DNA from: Vicugna vicugna
Taxonomy: Eukaryota
DNA length: 64,000 bases
Direction of reading: 5' to 3'
Assembly: GCA_013265495.1 (NCBI GenBank)
Contig: MU057744.1
Location: 1,639,524 to 1,703,523, forward strand
Every line of letters begins with the position of its first letter. Position 1 is the first letter of the stretch. Made by a program: the position numbers and the translations under genes. Below are positions 1 through 12,350 of this stretch, one piece after another. The notes under the pieces are model-generated. The model was given only the letters and a program-made list of their open reading frames with translations. It made no database searches and had not been told where the DNA came from.

Positions 1-461
1 TTAGTGTAAAGAAATGCAACTGATTTTTGAACATTAATTTTGTAACCTGCTACCTTGCTGAATTCTTCGATCAGCTCTAGTAGCTTTTGTGTGGACCTTT
101 TAGGGTTTTCTGTATATAGTAACATGTCATCAGCATATAATGACACTTTTACCTCTTCTTTTCCAATTTGGATCCCTTTTATTCCTTTCTCTTGCCTGAT
201 TGCTGTGGCTAGGACTTCCAGGACTATGTTGAATAGGAGTGGTGATAGTGGGCATCCTTGTCTTGTCCCAGATTTTAGTGGGAAGCTTTTGAGTTTTTCA
301 CCGTTGAGAACTATGCTGGCTGTAGGTTTGTCATATATAGCTTTTATTATGTTGAGATATGTTCCCTCTATACCCACTTTGGCGAGAGTTTTTATCATAA
401 ATGGGTGTTGAGTTTTATCAAATGCTTTTTCTGCATCAATTGAGATGATCATGTGGTTTTT
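1..461 (-). mobile_element. Young LINE-1, ORF2 reverse-transcriptase segment; 5'-truncated at about 461 and continuing off the left edge
   Basis: The minus strand reads [34 protein letters not shown]...[10 protein letters not shown], with the YADD catalytic motif at 126-137. The listed ORF 55..411(+) is its antisense shadow. Confidence 0.95.
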
Positions 462-3039
462 GGTTTAGTTATTTTTCTATACTTACTGCAATGACAATGT
501 TGGTTGCTTACTATATACTTAACGAACATGTATGTATTTTGCTAATTCTTAAAAACAAAACAAACCTCTTTTGACTAGAGTGAAACATGGCTCCAAAGTA
601 ATTTTTGGCAACTTGAACTATAGCAGTGGTTCCAATATTTCCACTGATTTATTTGATGTTGTGGTTTGTTTATTCATCTGTTTATTCACATGTTTACTTA
701 GCTCTGAACTCTTTGAATTTAGTAATGGTGGAATATAGGTTTTTCTAATAGTAGATTTCTCAAATTGGAGCCCAGCTTCTTGGAACATCATTGTAATACA
801 TGACAAAAGTTATGTTTCAAGTGCAAATTAGATAGATGGGCCATTTCCTAGAGTCTGGAGAGTTGGTTAAGCTTTTGTTGAGATTGTGACCCGTAGATGG
901 GTTTGACTCAGCAATGTTTAGAAGCAGGAGGCTACATCCAGTGAATAATTAGTAGCATATGTGATTTTTAACATACATGCAAGTATCATCTTGAGGCTTA
1001 ATTCATTACAGGAATCTTTTCTCTGGTTTCCCTTTAAGTGTATTGCTTTCAAAATACCATATACTTGTGTGCTCACCAACAGTGGCTCCCACTTAAGATG
1101 TATGTGAACAGAGTTGACCCAACACAGTATTCCTGTTATGATATTAGAACGAGAGAGGTAGTGCTGGGTGAAATGTCAAGCTAGTGTACTTCTAGATTTG
1201 AATTGACAGATTGGAGCCCTCTGAATGTTAAAATAATTATAAAAATAAAGTAGATTAGCATATCTAATTAACATTATATTTAAAGATAATTGTATTACAA
1301 AAGATGTATGCCAAGGAGAAAAATGAACACTGAGCGAATCATATGAAACCCTGTTAATTCACTAGGGTTTTCATAATTAACTGCAAAATTGGCAGAGCTG
1401 TAGCTCTTTGTAGTGGTACTGTACTGCTCATTATCACTTATTTAACCTGCTGATAGATCCTTCTCCATTTGGACTTAAGCTGTCAAGAATGTCAGGTGGG
1501 ATGACTTGAGTTTTTCTGAAGATACTCGAAGGCTTGAGACCTGGGGAAACCCAGACATATTAGTTTCACTTGTTACCATGATATTTAACCTCATCTTTCA
1601 AAAAGCTGATTTGAAGGAAGGAAGAATTTGTCCTGTGGTTGACACAGGGTAAATATTTCTTCTCTCAGGCAATCTTACTGTTAATCTTTGGTACAAAGTG
1701 GGATGAAGAGAAAAAGAATATGAGAAAAACTACCCAGGACTATGCACTCCCAGGGAAAAGTGTGAAAATCTGGCAGTAACCACATTTCCAGGCTGGGGAA
1801 ATGTTATGATTGGAATTTTGAAGACATTTAAAAAGGAAAACGTGAACTAAGATTTTCCTTATATCCAGCTGGATAATTATTTTCTACAATATTTCATGTA
1901 AGTCAGTGGGACACAACACCATAATTTTATTGGGATGATAGAACATGTAAACGTTTTAAAGAATAGTATCCCCCATATTGTAGGTGTAATTTTGCCTGGT
2001 TCACATCTCCCGTTAACAGCTTAAACAACGACAACAAGTTTGTTTTATGGAGAAGATGTAGTTTGAGATCACCATAGTTCCTGAAAGTTGACCCTCAGTG
2101 GTATGGTGTCTCGCCAGAGGCCACTCCCCAGGTGGGTGGTTGAGTGAAAACAAACCTGCCTCGACTTCAGACCGTCTGTTCCACTCCAGAGTATGCTGTC
2201 TTCACATTTCTTGGTAGAAGGTCAGCTTTTTTTCTCAATATGTATCTTTATGATTCTGAGCTTTCAGTGTGATGTAGGTATTTTTAATTAGGCAGAGAAA
2301 ATTATATTTTATTGGCATTTTCTGGTTTATAATGCATTGATTTTTTTTAATTTGAACTTCAGAATGAGTCTGAAGTATGATAAATATTTTGACACTTAAC
2401 AGATGGGGAAGCTCAGACTGCTTTACTGAAAATCCCTTGGCTGGTTATGCATTGACTCTGTGTCCCATGTCTTTTGTTGCAGTGACCTGACCATTTTCTT
2501 ATGCTGTCCAACTATCAAGGTTTAATACCTCATTTTCAGAATATATTTTGAGATATCTCTGTGTTACCCTGAAGGTTATTTGGAGTACAATTGAAAGGCA
2601 ATATAATAAGGTGAATCAGCTTGTATTCATATTAGAAACCTAAGATTGCTTAAAGAAAAACGAGGATTGAGATCTGTCATTAAGGTTGTGACTACTGTGT
2701 CCTTGTATGCACATTTGCTTAATTTTCCAAAAATAGATGAAATCGTAGTTTGAGGTCAACTCTTCAAACACTGAACTGTTTCTTTTGTACATGACCGCGT
2801 TACTGGTAGGATAGGTGGAGAGGGTGAGGGTCCAAGTTGAGTAAGTGTCTCACAGCATGAAACTTGACCCAGTCTTCAGAAGGAATGTGGTATATTTAGA
2901 TTCTCCAGCAATCATGAAGAATGACGTAGATAGAGATCTATCAACAGACAGTAATCTTCCATACATATTAGTGAATTAAAATATATAATTTGTACAAAGT
3001 GAGCCCATTAATTGGAAAAACCAATCTATATATTTCTGT

Positions 3040-3262
3040 GTGAGCATACATATGTATGTAAAGCATAGGAAAAGACTCAGAAAGGTGCACATCCAGAAGG
3101 TCACTGAACTCCCCTGTGGCTATAGCTATACCTGGGAGGGAGAGTAAGGCAGAGTATGTATAATTAAATTTGGAAAGAGAGAATTTTTGATTTTTCAGTA
3201 TTGTTTGAACTTTCAACAGGAAAATGTTTTTATATGTGACTTTATTAATGTATGATTTAAAA
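3040..3262 (+). mobile_element. Degenerate ancient L1 3'UTR fragment (L1ME-like)
   Basis: gcataggaaaagactcagaaaggtgcacatcc...ttgtttgaactttcaacagg resembles old L1M 3' ends. Confidence 0.45.
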
Positions 3263-3769
3263 ATATGAACTAGTTTTCCATTGGTGGAGACCTAAAGATG
3301 GCTGTTTCACCCCCAGGGAGAAATAAATCTGAGCAAAGGCACCAGGAGAATGGAGTGGTTTGTTAGTAGGCAGCTTTTACACGGTGGTAACAGGAGAGAT
3401 GGTCTCCTGTGGTTTATATGGTCCCAAATTGTTGGTTGCAGTTCAGTTAATGACATGTTTCAATAGGTTTGTAAGTGAGTTAGGCAGATACATCTGTGGA
3501 AGCCAAATGGTTTGATGGATAGCTCTGTTGGAAGCATAATTGATTTCACACAGACTCGCCAGGGCCGACAGAACCAGATGCTGCACTGTGGTTATTCTTG
3601 AGAATTTTACCCCTAAGATTGGGTTTATCAGGCAGAGGAGAGCAGTGACCAGTTCGTATTTTAAAAAGAAGAGGTACCCAGCCTTGCTGCTTGCTTAATA
3701 TTTTTTACCTGTGCCAGAGTACACATATCTTGATAGAATTGGTGTTGTCTCCATATGAAAAGCAGTACT

Positions 3770-3860
3770 AACCTCCTACCTACCTGCTTTGGGCACTGTT
3801 CTAGGCAGCCTAGATAGACAGTTAAACAGATCAGAGTCCTTTCTCTGATCTAATTTTGTA
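3770..3860 (-). mobile_element. L2 3'-end fragment
   Basis: acctcctac...gggcactgttctaggc...cagttaaacagatcagagtcc matches the typical antisense L2 tail. Confidence 0.55.
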
Positions 3861-5059
3861 CGAAAAAAAAATGTAATGTGTAAGAGGCAGGTAGGTGTAC
3901 ATGCTGTGCTGTAGATCTTAGTTTTACATTCTGACACGGTCTATTTTAAAGTGCCTATAATGTAGAGCATATATTACACAAGTGTTTCTTTTCTGATTTG
4001 GGAGCACGTTCATTGTGAGAGTAAGCAACATTCTTTCAAATCGAAGGTCTCAAAATTAACTTTCTCAGTAATAATACTTGAGTAAAAAGGAGACTAAGGA
4101 AAAGAGGATAACTTGCAAATGCTTGTGAATTGGAATTCTCACTCCAGATGTTTATAGATGTTATACTTTATCTCTTGTGCCTAGTGTTAGGAGTCATTTT
4201 GATTTCGGGCCGTTTAGTTGGTCTTTAATTAATGAATGAGACCTTTTATTTTCCAATGACAACTTTATTTTGGGGAAGTGGGCACAAAGTCTTAACAAAT
4301 GCTGTAGTATGGTTTAGCTATAAAAAATTCAGGGTTGTTTGAAGAAATACACATCTAAATGAAGAAATACTTTTAGTAGGTTTCTTTAAAAAGTTGCAAG
4401 TTTTGGTAATGATTCTGTTGCCTTAAACAGCCAGACTGTTTTTTCTTTAGAGCAAAAGAAACAGACAATACTGAAAAGCTCTGATCTGTATTGTTTCAAG
4501 TTTTCCTGAAAGTGGTAAACTTTTTTTTTTTTTTACCATTCTGTTGCATTTATGTCTGTTTTGATGGGGGAGGAGACAGAGAGTGATAAAGATGGTCAGA
4601 AGGACAATGGTTTGAGTCTCTGAGAGAGAATTGCCTTTGTTGACTTCTCACTTACTCCTGTTAACTCCCACTATCTGGAAAAATATGTGTACCAGGAATT
4701 TCACTCTGTGAAGAAATGAAATTTGTTTGGCACAATTAATTCATTTTAAACCCATGGGGTTTTCAAGATTCTTTAAAATAAGTGTAAGATATTACACTGA
4801 AGCATACTTTAACATTTTGATTAAAGTGAAGCATGAAACAATTTAAATATACCCAGTATGTAAACTTTTAAATGTTATCAGAAAGTGCTTTTTCTTGAAA
4901 ATACTGGAACGTTTTAGATATTATGAACAGGTGCATAATTAATACTTGGTGTTTTCAAACACTTTTTCTCTAAAATAGAATCCACTCAAGAACCAGTTTT
5001 ATTAAATAGCTTCATAAATGCTATAAATGGAGAAAAATGACACTATGCAAAACTAACTA

Positions 5060-5290
5060 ATGACAATGGCTCATGTATTTTAGATACTTGTTATATGTTC
5101 TTGGCACTGTCATAAGCTATTTACTTATATGATCTCACTTATTTTTTCACAGCAACCCTATGAGGATAGTATCATTTTTATCCCATTTTTCAGGGAAGAA
5201 AATAAAAGATTAGAAAAGTTAATAGTTCTTAAGTAGTGAGACTGGGATTCTTGCTTAGATGGTCTGTTTATAGAATACAATTTTTTAAGT
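5060..5290 (-). mobile_element. MIR SINE
   Basis: cacagcaaccctatgaggatagtatcatttttatcccatttttcag is the reverse complement of the MIR core. Confidence 0.8.
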
Positions 5291-5338
5291 ATTGTACTGA
5301 TTCTAAAGCATTTAATGAATATTGGTCTGAAATCAGTG

Positions 5339-5525
5339 CAGTGGTATGAAAGCTGTGGCTCTTACGGACCTCTGAGAGCTCATTGTTATGTGTTTAGGAA
5401 TTTCGTGAGCTGACTTGTAAACTTTGATACTGTTGAATCAATAATCCTTGGAGTCCTAACACCAGAGAATGGGTAAATCAGGGCTTCTTTTTGTGTGTGT
5501 GAAATTGGTTCACTAGCACACCGTT
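5339..5525 (+). mobile_element. MER63A-like hAT-Blackjack DNA transposon
   Basis: Ends cagtggtatg ... ctagcacaccgtt (degenerate TIRs), with internal gagagctcattgtt...ggaatttcgtgagc and aaatcagggctt motifs. Confidence 0.65.
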
Positions 5526-5801
5526 AATAACATTGTTCTCTACTAGCACTATTTGTCAAAGTACAGCTTCCAAACCCTCACAGTTTAAATGGATATGGAT
5601 GGGATAAAGACTTACTTTAATAAATTTTTCCCTCAGTGTCATGTGCATTACTGAGATAAACTGTTATTAGTATACTTAGAACTGAGAACATTAAATTTAA
5701 AAGAATTTATCCTAAATTTCATAGTAGAAGAGAGTCCCTTTCCTGGCTTCCAGTATTTTTTCTGAGGGTTTTGGAAAGACAGCCCTTGTCAGGTTGACTG
5801 C

Positions 5802-6596
5802 TGTTGATGGAAATAATAAACAATCTATAATAGGAATAGGAAAGAGTTTCATTTGAGCCAAACTGAGGACTGTAGCCTGGGAGACACAGATTCAGGAAGC
5901 ACTTGAACTGTGTTCTGCTGGACTACGGCATAGGGGAGGCTTATAAAGGCAAGAATCACAAGCTACGTAAGTTGTTTGTCAGTTATAATTGGAGTTGGCA
6001 AGACGTAAGGGAACTTGTTAAGTAAGGATCGGTTAGGATCTGAAATGGTTGCATAGTAACCAGGGGAGACCTTGAGACCATAAGGTCACAGGTGGCAGCG
6101 GTGGGCAGATACTGTTTTGAGAATGGCTGGTAGTGTCCTTCAGTCTGATACAGCTCAAAAAATTCAAGTTTTCAGGACTGCAGGAAATGTGTCTGAAACC
6201 ACATCCACAATGTCCACTTGGCTCCATTTTGAATGCCTGAAACACAATTTTATATCTAGTCAGAACAAAGGACAAATATCGAACATGACAGGGGTCCATC
6301 CTTCAAGTTTTCAAACGAGAAAGTTTAGCAAATATACAGCAAATCAGCATGACCTTGGTGTCTGGGAAGGGAACCTCATCTTTGAAGGAGTATTATCATT
6401 GGCCTCACAGGAGGCGTGGCATTTATCCCTCTCTTCGAAGTGGACATTCTAAGCAATCTGGTAAATGTGTTGTTTTTTTTTTTAATGGTTTAATCAGGTG
6501 TCCAGTGCATGTTTGATGGCCATAAGGCAGGCATTCTCGTTAGCATAAATTTAAAGCCAAATCACGTATAAGCAAGAATGACTTCCGCGAACTTCA
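5802..6596 (-). mobile_element. ERV1-type solo LTR
   Basis: Bounded by TGTTGA...TTCA. The motif aagagtttcatttgagccaaactgaggactgtagcctgggagacacag is typical of the antisense U5/R of laurasiatherian ERV1 LTRs. No clear TSD. Confidence 0.6.
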
Positions 6597-7589
6597 ATGT
6601 GTGAAAATTTCTTCAGTTACTACAGAATACAAAAGCAGTAGCTGCACCCAGATTTGAAAGATTCCTTTGACTACTAGCTGAAATAGTCTGAGGAGGAATG
6701 GAAAGAAGTTGGGCTGGGGGGCACAGAAGACCATGATAAGAGAATTCAGAGAAGGAAAGTTCATTAAAAAGTAAAACAAAGCAAAACAAAACAAACAGTG
6801 GGTGCCAGGAAGGTTCGTAGGATGTGCGTAAGCTTAGTGATTATATGCTTCTTTGATCCATAAAATAATTTTGAGTTTAATTTTGAAACCCTGGTTCTTA
6901 ATCTTTCCTTGAAACTATTAAGCATCATTCTCTGCTAATAAGAATCATTTTCTTGATAGTGGTTCAATTTAATAAATGTTTAAGCACTATGAATTGTAAT
7001 GTTGATGCATTGCATCAAGTTATCAAATTTATCCCCTAATGTTCTCTTTAGGAAGACATATTCTTGCTTGCATATGGTGTTTAATGTATTCACAACGTTC
7101 TTCTGTTATGAAAATGCTCCTTTGAACATCTTCACATCCCCAGCTGGATCCTGCTTAGCTGAAGCAAAGCCTACATGAATGATAATGGATGTTCCTGATT
7201 GGGATAGTTGTAATAGTCCATTCTTGTCCTGTTTCCTTCACCTCCTTGTTAGTTACTTTTTTGGGATTTTCAGAATTTATGGGTTTATTATTTATTGGAG
7301 TAGTTTATAGAAGGAAATAGAAAGGGAAAGGAATGAGTGAGAAAATAAAACAATATGCACACACCAAATAGATGTCAAATGATTACATCCAAAGTTAGAT
7401 GCCAGATGGGATACAACTTAAATAAAACAAGGTAACTTATTTTTGTGGATAAGGAGAAGCCTGTGTGAATGAATATTTTATACCAATTCAACTTTATATT
7501 TATTTGATTTCATTATTAATTTGAGGCGAATAGTTTTCTGTCCTTTTCATTTTTTATTAGCTGACTACTTGATAGATTAGAAATGAATG

Positions 7590-7790
7590 CTTAGGAGTCA
7601 GCAAAACCTGTTGCTTAAGTCGTGGCCTGAAAAATTTAGTAATTGTCACTTTGGAAAAGTAACCTCACTTATGTGTTTTCTTGTCCACACAGCAGTAGTA
7701 ATAATCCTTGTGACAGACGACCACAGGAGTTACTTACAAAGCTCTGAGTGCAATGCCTAATCAGAATAGGCACTCAATAGATGGAAGGGA
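7590..7790 (+). mobile_element. Degenerate MIR SINE about 200 nt upstream of exon 3
   Basis: ttaggagtcag...ctttggaaaagtaacc...aatgcctaatcagaataggcactcaataga. Confidence 0.6.
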
Positions 7791-7989
7791 TAGGTATCCA
7801 CAGATTAAAAAATGGACTGAATGTGAGAAGTATATAGGCAATGAATTCTGATGATTTGGGAGCTCATGTTGGAGAATTGACAAGTTTTCTTTTTTCTATG
7901 AAAGAAACTGAAGTATAATAAAGTAAATTGGGTCTGGATGCTTGGTGATGATGATGGTGGTGATGATGACTTTCCCTCTTTCTGCACAG

Positions 7990-8094
7990 AATGTTCCCCC
8001 AGACCTCTCCATCTGCACCTTTGTGCTGGAACAATCCCTCTCCGTCCGGGCCCTGCAGGAGATGCTGGCTAACACTGTGGAGAAATCAGAAGGG
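7990..8094 (+). CDS. RYR2: Ryanodine receptor 2, exon 3 (105 nt, phase 0-0): [35 protein letters not shown]
   Basis: Manual translation matches the RyR2 N-terminal sequence. Acceptor ctttccctctttctgcacag ends at 7989. The donor is non-canonical GGG/gcaagt at 8095. Confidence 0.97.
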
Positions 8095-11094
8095 GCAAGT
8101 ACTTTATTTATGTAGACTTGCAGAATTTTAACAAATTCAGCCACTGTATGAATGATTTCTTTTACAGGTTTTGGAGATTTTCTTTTCATTGAAATAAATC
8201 AGTTCCTTTTAATTGTTTTCTTAAGTTTGACTTTTTGCTTTATCCACCAGATCTGTGATGTCTTAAAGAACTTCAAAAAAAAAAAATCCATCCTCAGGGT
8301 GATCTGTCCTTGAACCTCATGCTTATGTCAGTGATTAAAACAGAATCTTTTGTTGAGCATTTGCGTGTTTTCATTTTCAGAGCTGTTGTTTTTACTGTTT
8401 CAATTAACTTTATGCATGGCTGTCATTAATCTTTATTTCATTCTCAAATGCCTCTAACCATTTGTCTATGTTCTAAGCTTCTCTATGGCAAGTGAAATTT
8501 CATGGCACTCATATATTTTAAATAACAAAATTATGATGATACAGCTTTAGTCAATTGTAATTTTGCAAACAGCCAATCATTTTCTTCTGAACACTGAAAT
8601 TCCTACTCTGTCTCCTAATGGAGACATTTTTCTTTGAAAGCTGATTTGGTAATTTAAATTATGTTCTGTTCTATGCTGTGAGTGATTTCTGGGCCACTAC
8701 CCATTCTTAGCCAGTCCATTAACTTCTAGAATTAGGCAGGAGGATAAATGGTAAAATTTTTGTTTCCTATTTGTCACTATAGTAACTGCATTGTGTGGTT
8801 TAATAAACTATACTATTTCCAGGAATGAAACTGAAAATTTTTATTTGCCGCTGTTGGGCCATATGTTACTGTTATTGTCGTTAATCATTGTTCCAGTTTG
8901 GATAAGTAAAAAGATTAAAAATGATATTATATGGTTTAACAGAAAACAAGTGATCATTTCTGATGTAATGTATTTCCATTAGCCTTGTAGTTTTTTAAAT
9001 TTTAGTGTCACACAGCTTAGGACTTTAATTGGTGTGTGCATTAATTTTACATTTTAATAGGTTACTACTAAATATGGAGGAGAAATTTTAGTGATTTTCA
9101 TTTGATATTAGACTAACAGGTTATTTTTTAAAAGTTCCAAATATGTTATGTGTATTTTCATTTTTCGAGTTCATTTTTGGCTACAACAATATTTGAAATT
9201 ACCATGTTAAACTACATAAAGTTTTTTTTTAATCTTTTTTTTTAATGCAAAGCTTTTGGAGTAGGCTTAAATTAAAGAGAAATAAAACCTTTCTCAATTC
9301 AACTAGTTTTCTTTTTACCTGGAATAACCCTTCCTGATTTTTAAACATCACTGAGGCGTATCAACTTTGAAATTCAAATCTGTCTTTACAAATAAAAATC
9401 CTTTTGCTTTTGCATGAGCATCTGGAAGAGTGTATCCTGTCATTTTTCTTAGCTTTGTATATACCGACTTATGACTAAATTGCTATAAATTTAATTTTTA
9501 TACTGCTAAGCTGCTTTTTCCAAATTTAAACTTTTGAAAAGATGTTTTATCTCCCCCAGAATCATAAGAGTTGGATTAGGCAAGCTCTGAATTTTCTGTG
9601 TATATAAGAAGTGTTGAAAGTGCTATTTTTGGATTTATGTTTTGAGGATACTTACTAGTTGGAATTTCTGGATCCCTCCCTCAATATCTTTATTTAGTTG
9701 AATTTTATTTTGAGTTGTACTCCCTCTAGAAAGTTCCTATCAGAGATGAAGTAATTTATTTGATGTGTGGAACACTATAAAGTCCAGCACAGCTACCATA
9801 AGACATTAATTAGAAAATAAAAATCGATGAAAACCTGCTACAGGAAAGGAACACATTTCATTGAGCTGAATCTCACTTTCAGACCAGTAACTTTTAGGAT
9901 GAAACTACTGTCAAGTAGCTCAAGAGTATGCTATATTTGGGAGAAAGAAAGATTCTCTCTTAGACTGCAGAGAAGATCTGATGATGCCCAAGAGTGATAT
10001 CTAGAATATTTCACAACCAGTTTGGCACAGGCAACAGTTAATCAGAGTTGACCTCAGCCAGAGTCCTAGAATCAAGGCCTGGAGAGACTTGGAGAGAGGG
10101 GTTGTCTGAGTGATTTGGGGGTGTCCTGGAGGAGTCGGTGGTCAGAGTTAGGGAACACTAAGGACTTGAGGCTAAGGTTATTTACCAGGAGGGATCGTTT
10201 TTCACTTTAACAACCATCTTAATCATGGTAGTGCAAGCCGGCTAACACCATGTCTGAGTCCATGTGACCAGTGGAGGCTGCTGGTACTTGGAGGAGTCAA
10301 GTCTTCAGACTTCATGGAATTCATATCCTCTTCACAAGGGCCTCCTGTGTATCCTTTAATTCATTTGGGAATCTTTGGCAAATACTTTTATAAAGCAAAT
10401 GTCATCTCAGACAGTAAATTGTGTTGTAGATTTGCTTAAAGAAAGAGCCCCTTTTACTTGGATGAGGTGTGTCAGCAGTCTAATGTTAATTTTCATGAAA
10501 TCATTTCATCCCTGACAAATTAACAGCGTATCAAAAAGAATCTTGTGCATTACTTGATTTCCCCACTCTTTCATAGTCAGCTTTCTTTACAAACAAAGCC
10601 TTGTTCTTTTTAGAAAACAATCCTTCTTAAATTCTTTGTGTTATTCAACACACTGAATAATATTGGTATCATTTAATGTCCAAAATGCTGTCATATGCAC
10701 AGAGCAATATAAACACACTTGATGAGGATAAGGAAAAAATTTCCCGTCTGGAACCAGCCTTTTCTTTTTGTGGTGAATACAATTTTACTTGTATTTTTGG
10801 GTCCCATTGAATAAACGCCGGAAGCCTAGCAGGAAATCCCTAACATTGTTGGTGCCAGAACAAATCATGAAGGTTATTGACAATGAAAGGAGACGTATCA
10901 TGAAACAGGAAGAATACTACATAATTTATGAAGTTTTGATTCTACAGAGTTTCTCATTTTAGCTATTAGTGAAATAACGAATATATGTGTGGCATAAGAA
11001 GCATTCTGAAAGGTTTCATCTACAGGGATTTTCTAAAATACCTGTTTAATAAGAAATGTGTGAAAAAATGTGTGATAAGACAGATCTAGATCTG

Positions 11095-11114
11095 GTGTGT
11101 GTGTGTGTGTGTGT
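11095..11114. repeat. (GT)10 microsatellite
   Basis: Read directly from the sequence. Confidence 0.95.
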
Positions 11115-11665
11115 ATAAAATTCCGTTGAACATCATTTAGCTTTTATTCTTATTCAAAGCATATCAGCAGTAAATAGGCCAAGACCTACTTAGCTTTATC
11201 TAAATAGCTGCTCACAAAGCCTTTAAAATTCTGAGTGGCCACATGAAACAAGGAGAAAGTGACTACTGAAGCGGTGTCTAGCCCTTTGGCTGAATTTTGT
11301 CTGAGCTTCTGTGTAGGCACATCCTTGCTTCTGTAATGTTTTCCTCTTCTCTGCCTGTGTTTCATGTGGTTCTGGATAACTTGCCCAAAGCTGAATCCAC
11401 CTCTGTCTGTGTCTTCTCACTCTTCAGATTTATTTTGCACACCAGTGATAGAGCATAGGGCCAGAAGCAGGGTTTGTAGAATTTGAGAACTGTCTTGAGA
11501 ATGCCAGCCGTGCCATGTATTTACTTTGTGGCTTTCAGGAAGGTCAGCCAGGTGTAGTGATCATTAAATGATGATGTATGTGGAATATTTAACATAGATT
11601 TAGCAGTGGCTATTTTTTCTTTTTCTTTTCTCTTTATTTTCTTGGTCTGAGCTGTTTCATTTCTC

Positions 11666-12117
11666 TTTTTTTAATTGAAGTATAGTTGATTTGCAATCGT
11701 GTTAGTTTCTGGTGTACAGCATAGTGATTCGGTATATATAGATGCATGTATTGTATATTTTTCAGATTCTTTTCTATTATATAAACTATTGAATATAGTT
11801 CCCTGTGCTGTACAGTAGGACCTTGTTGTTTATCTATTGTGTACATAGTAGTTTGTATCTCTTAATCCCAAACTCCTAATTTATTCTTCCATCCCTTTTT
11901 CCCCTGATAACCATGAGTTTGTTTTCTATGTCTGTGAGTCTGTTTCTTTGTGTAAATAAGTTCATTTGTCTCATTTTTTTAGATTCCACATATAATTGAT
12001 ACCATATGATATTTGTCTTCCTCTGTCTGACTTAACTTCACTTAGTATGATAATCTCTAGGTTCATCCATGTTGCTACAAATGGCATTATTTCATTTTCA
12101 TGGCTGAGTAGTATTCC

Positions 12118-12154
<37 letters not shown>

Positions 12155-12350
12155 CACATCATTATCCATTCATCTGTCAGTGGACGTATAGGTTGTTTCC
12201 GTGTTTTGGCTGTTGTAAATTGTGATGCTGTGAACATCAGGGTGCATGTATCTTTTCAAATTGGGAGTTTTCTCCAGGTAATATAATATGCCCAGGAGTG
12301 GGAATGTTGGATCATATGATAAAGTCTGTATTAAGATTTTTAAGGAATCT
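11666..12350 (-). mobile_element. 5'-truncated cetartiodactyl-type L1 (ORF2 C-terminus plus 3'UTR)
   Basis: T-run then aattgaagtatagttgatt...ttccctgtgctgtacagtaggaccttgttg. ORFs 11971..12237 and 12170..12394 contain degenerate ORF2 C-terminal peptides (YDPTFPLLGI, IMPFVATWMNLEIIILSEV). Candidate TSD at 11601-11617 and 12352-12368. Confidence 0.92.
12121..12152. repeat. (GT)16 microsatellite inside the L1
   Basis: Read directly from the sequence. Confidence 0.95.

Noticed and set aside
55..411. 118 aa plus-strand ORF
   Set aside because: It is the antisense shadow of L1 ORF2, a common source of spurious predicted proteins.
1342..1375. Inverted repeat tatgaaaccct...agggttttcata
   Set aside because: Short and bulged, with no identifiable MITE or RNA family.
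7896..8189. 97 aa minus-strand ORF over exon 3
   Set aside because: Antisense to coding sequence, with no recognisable product.
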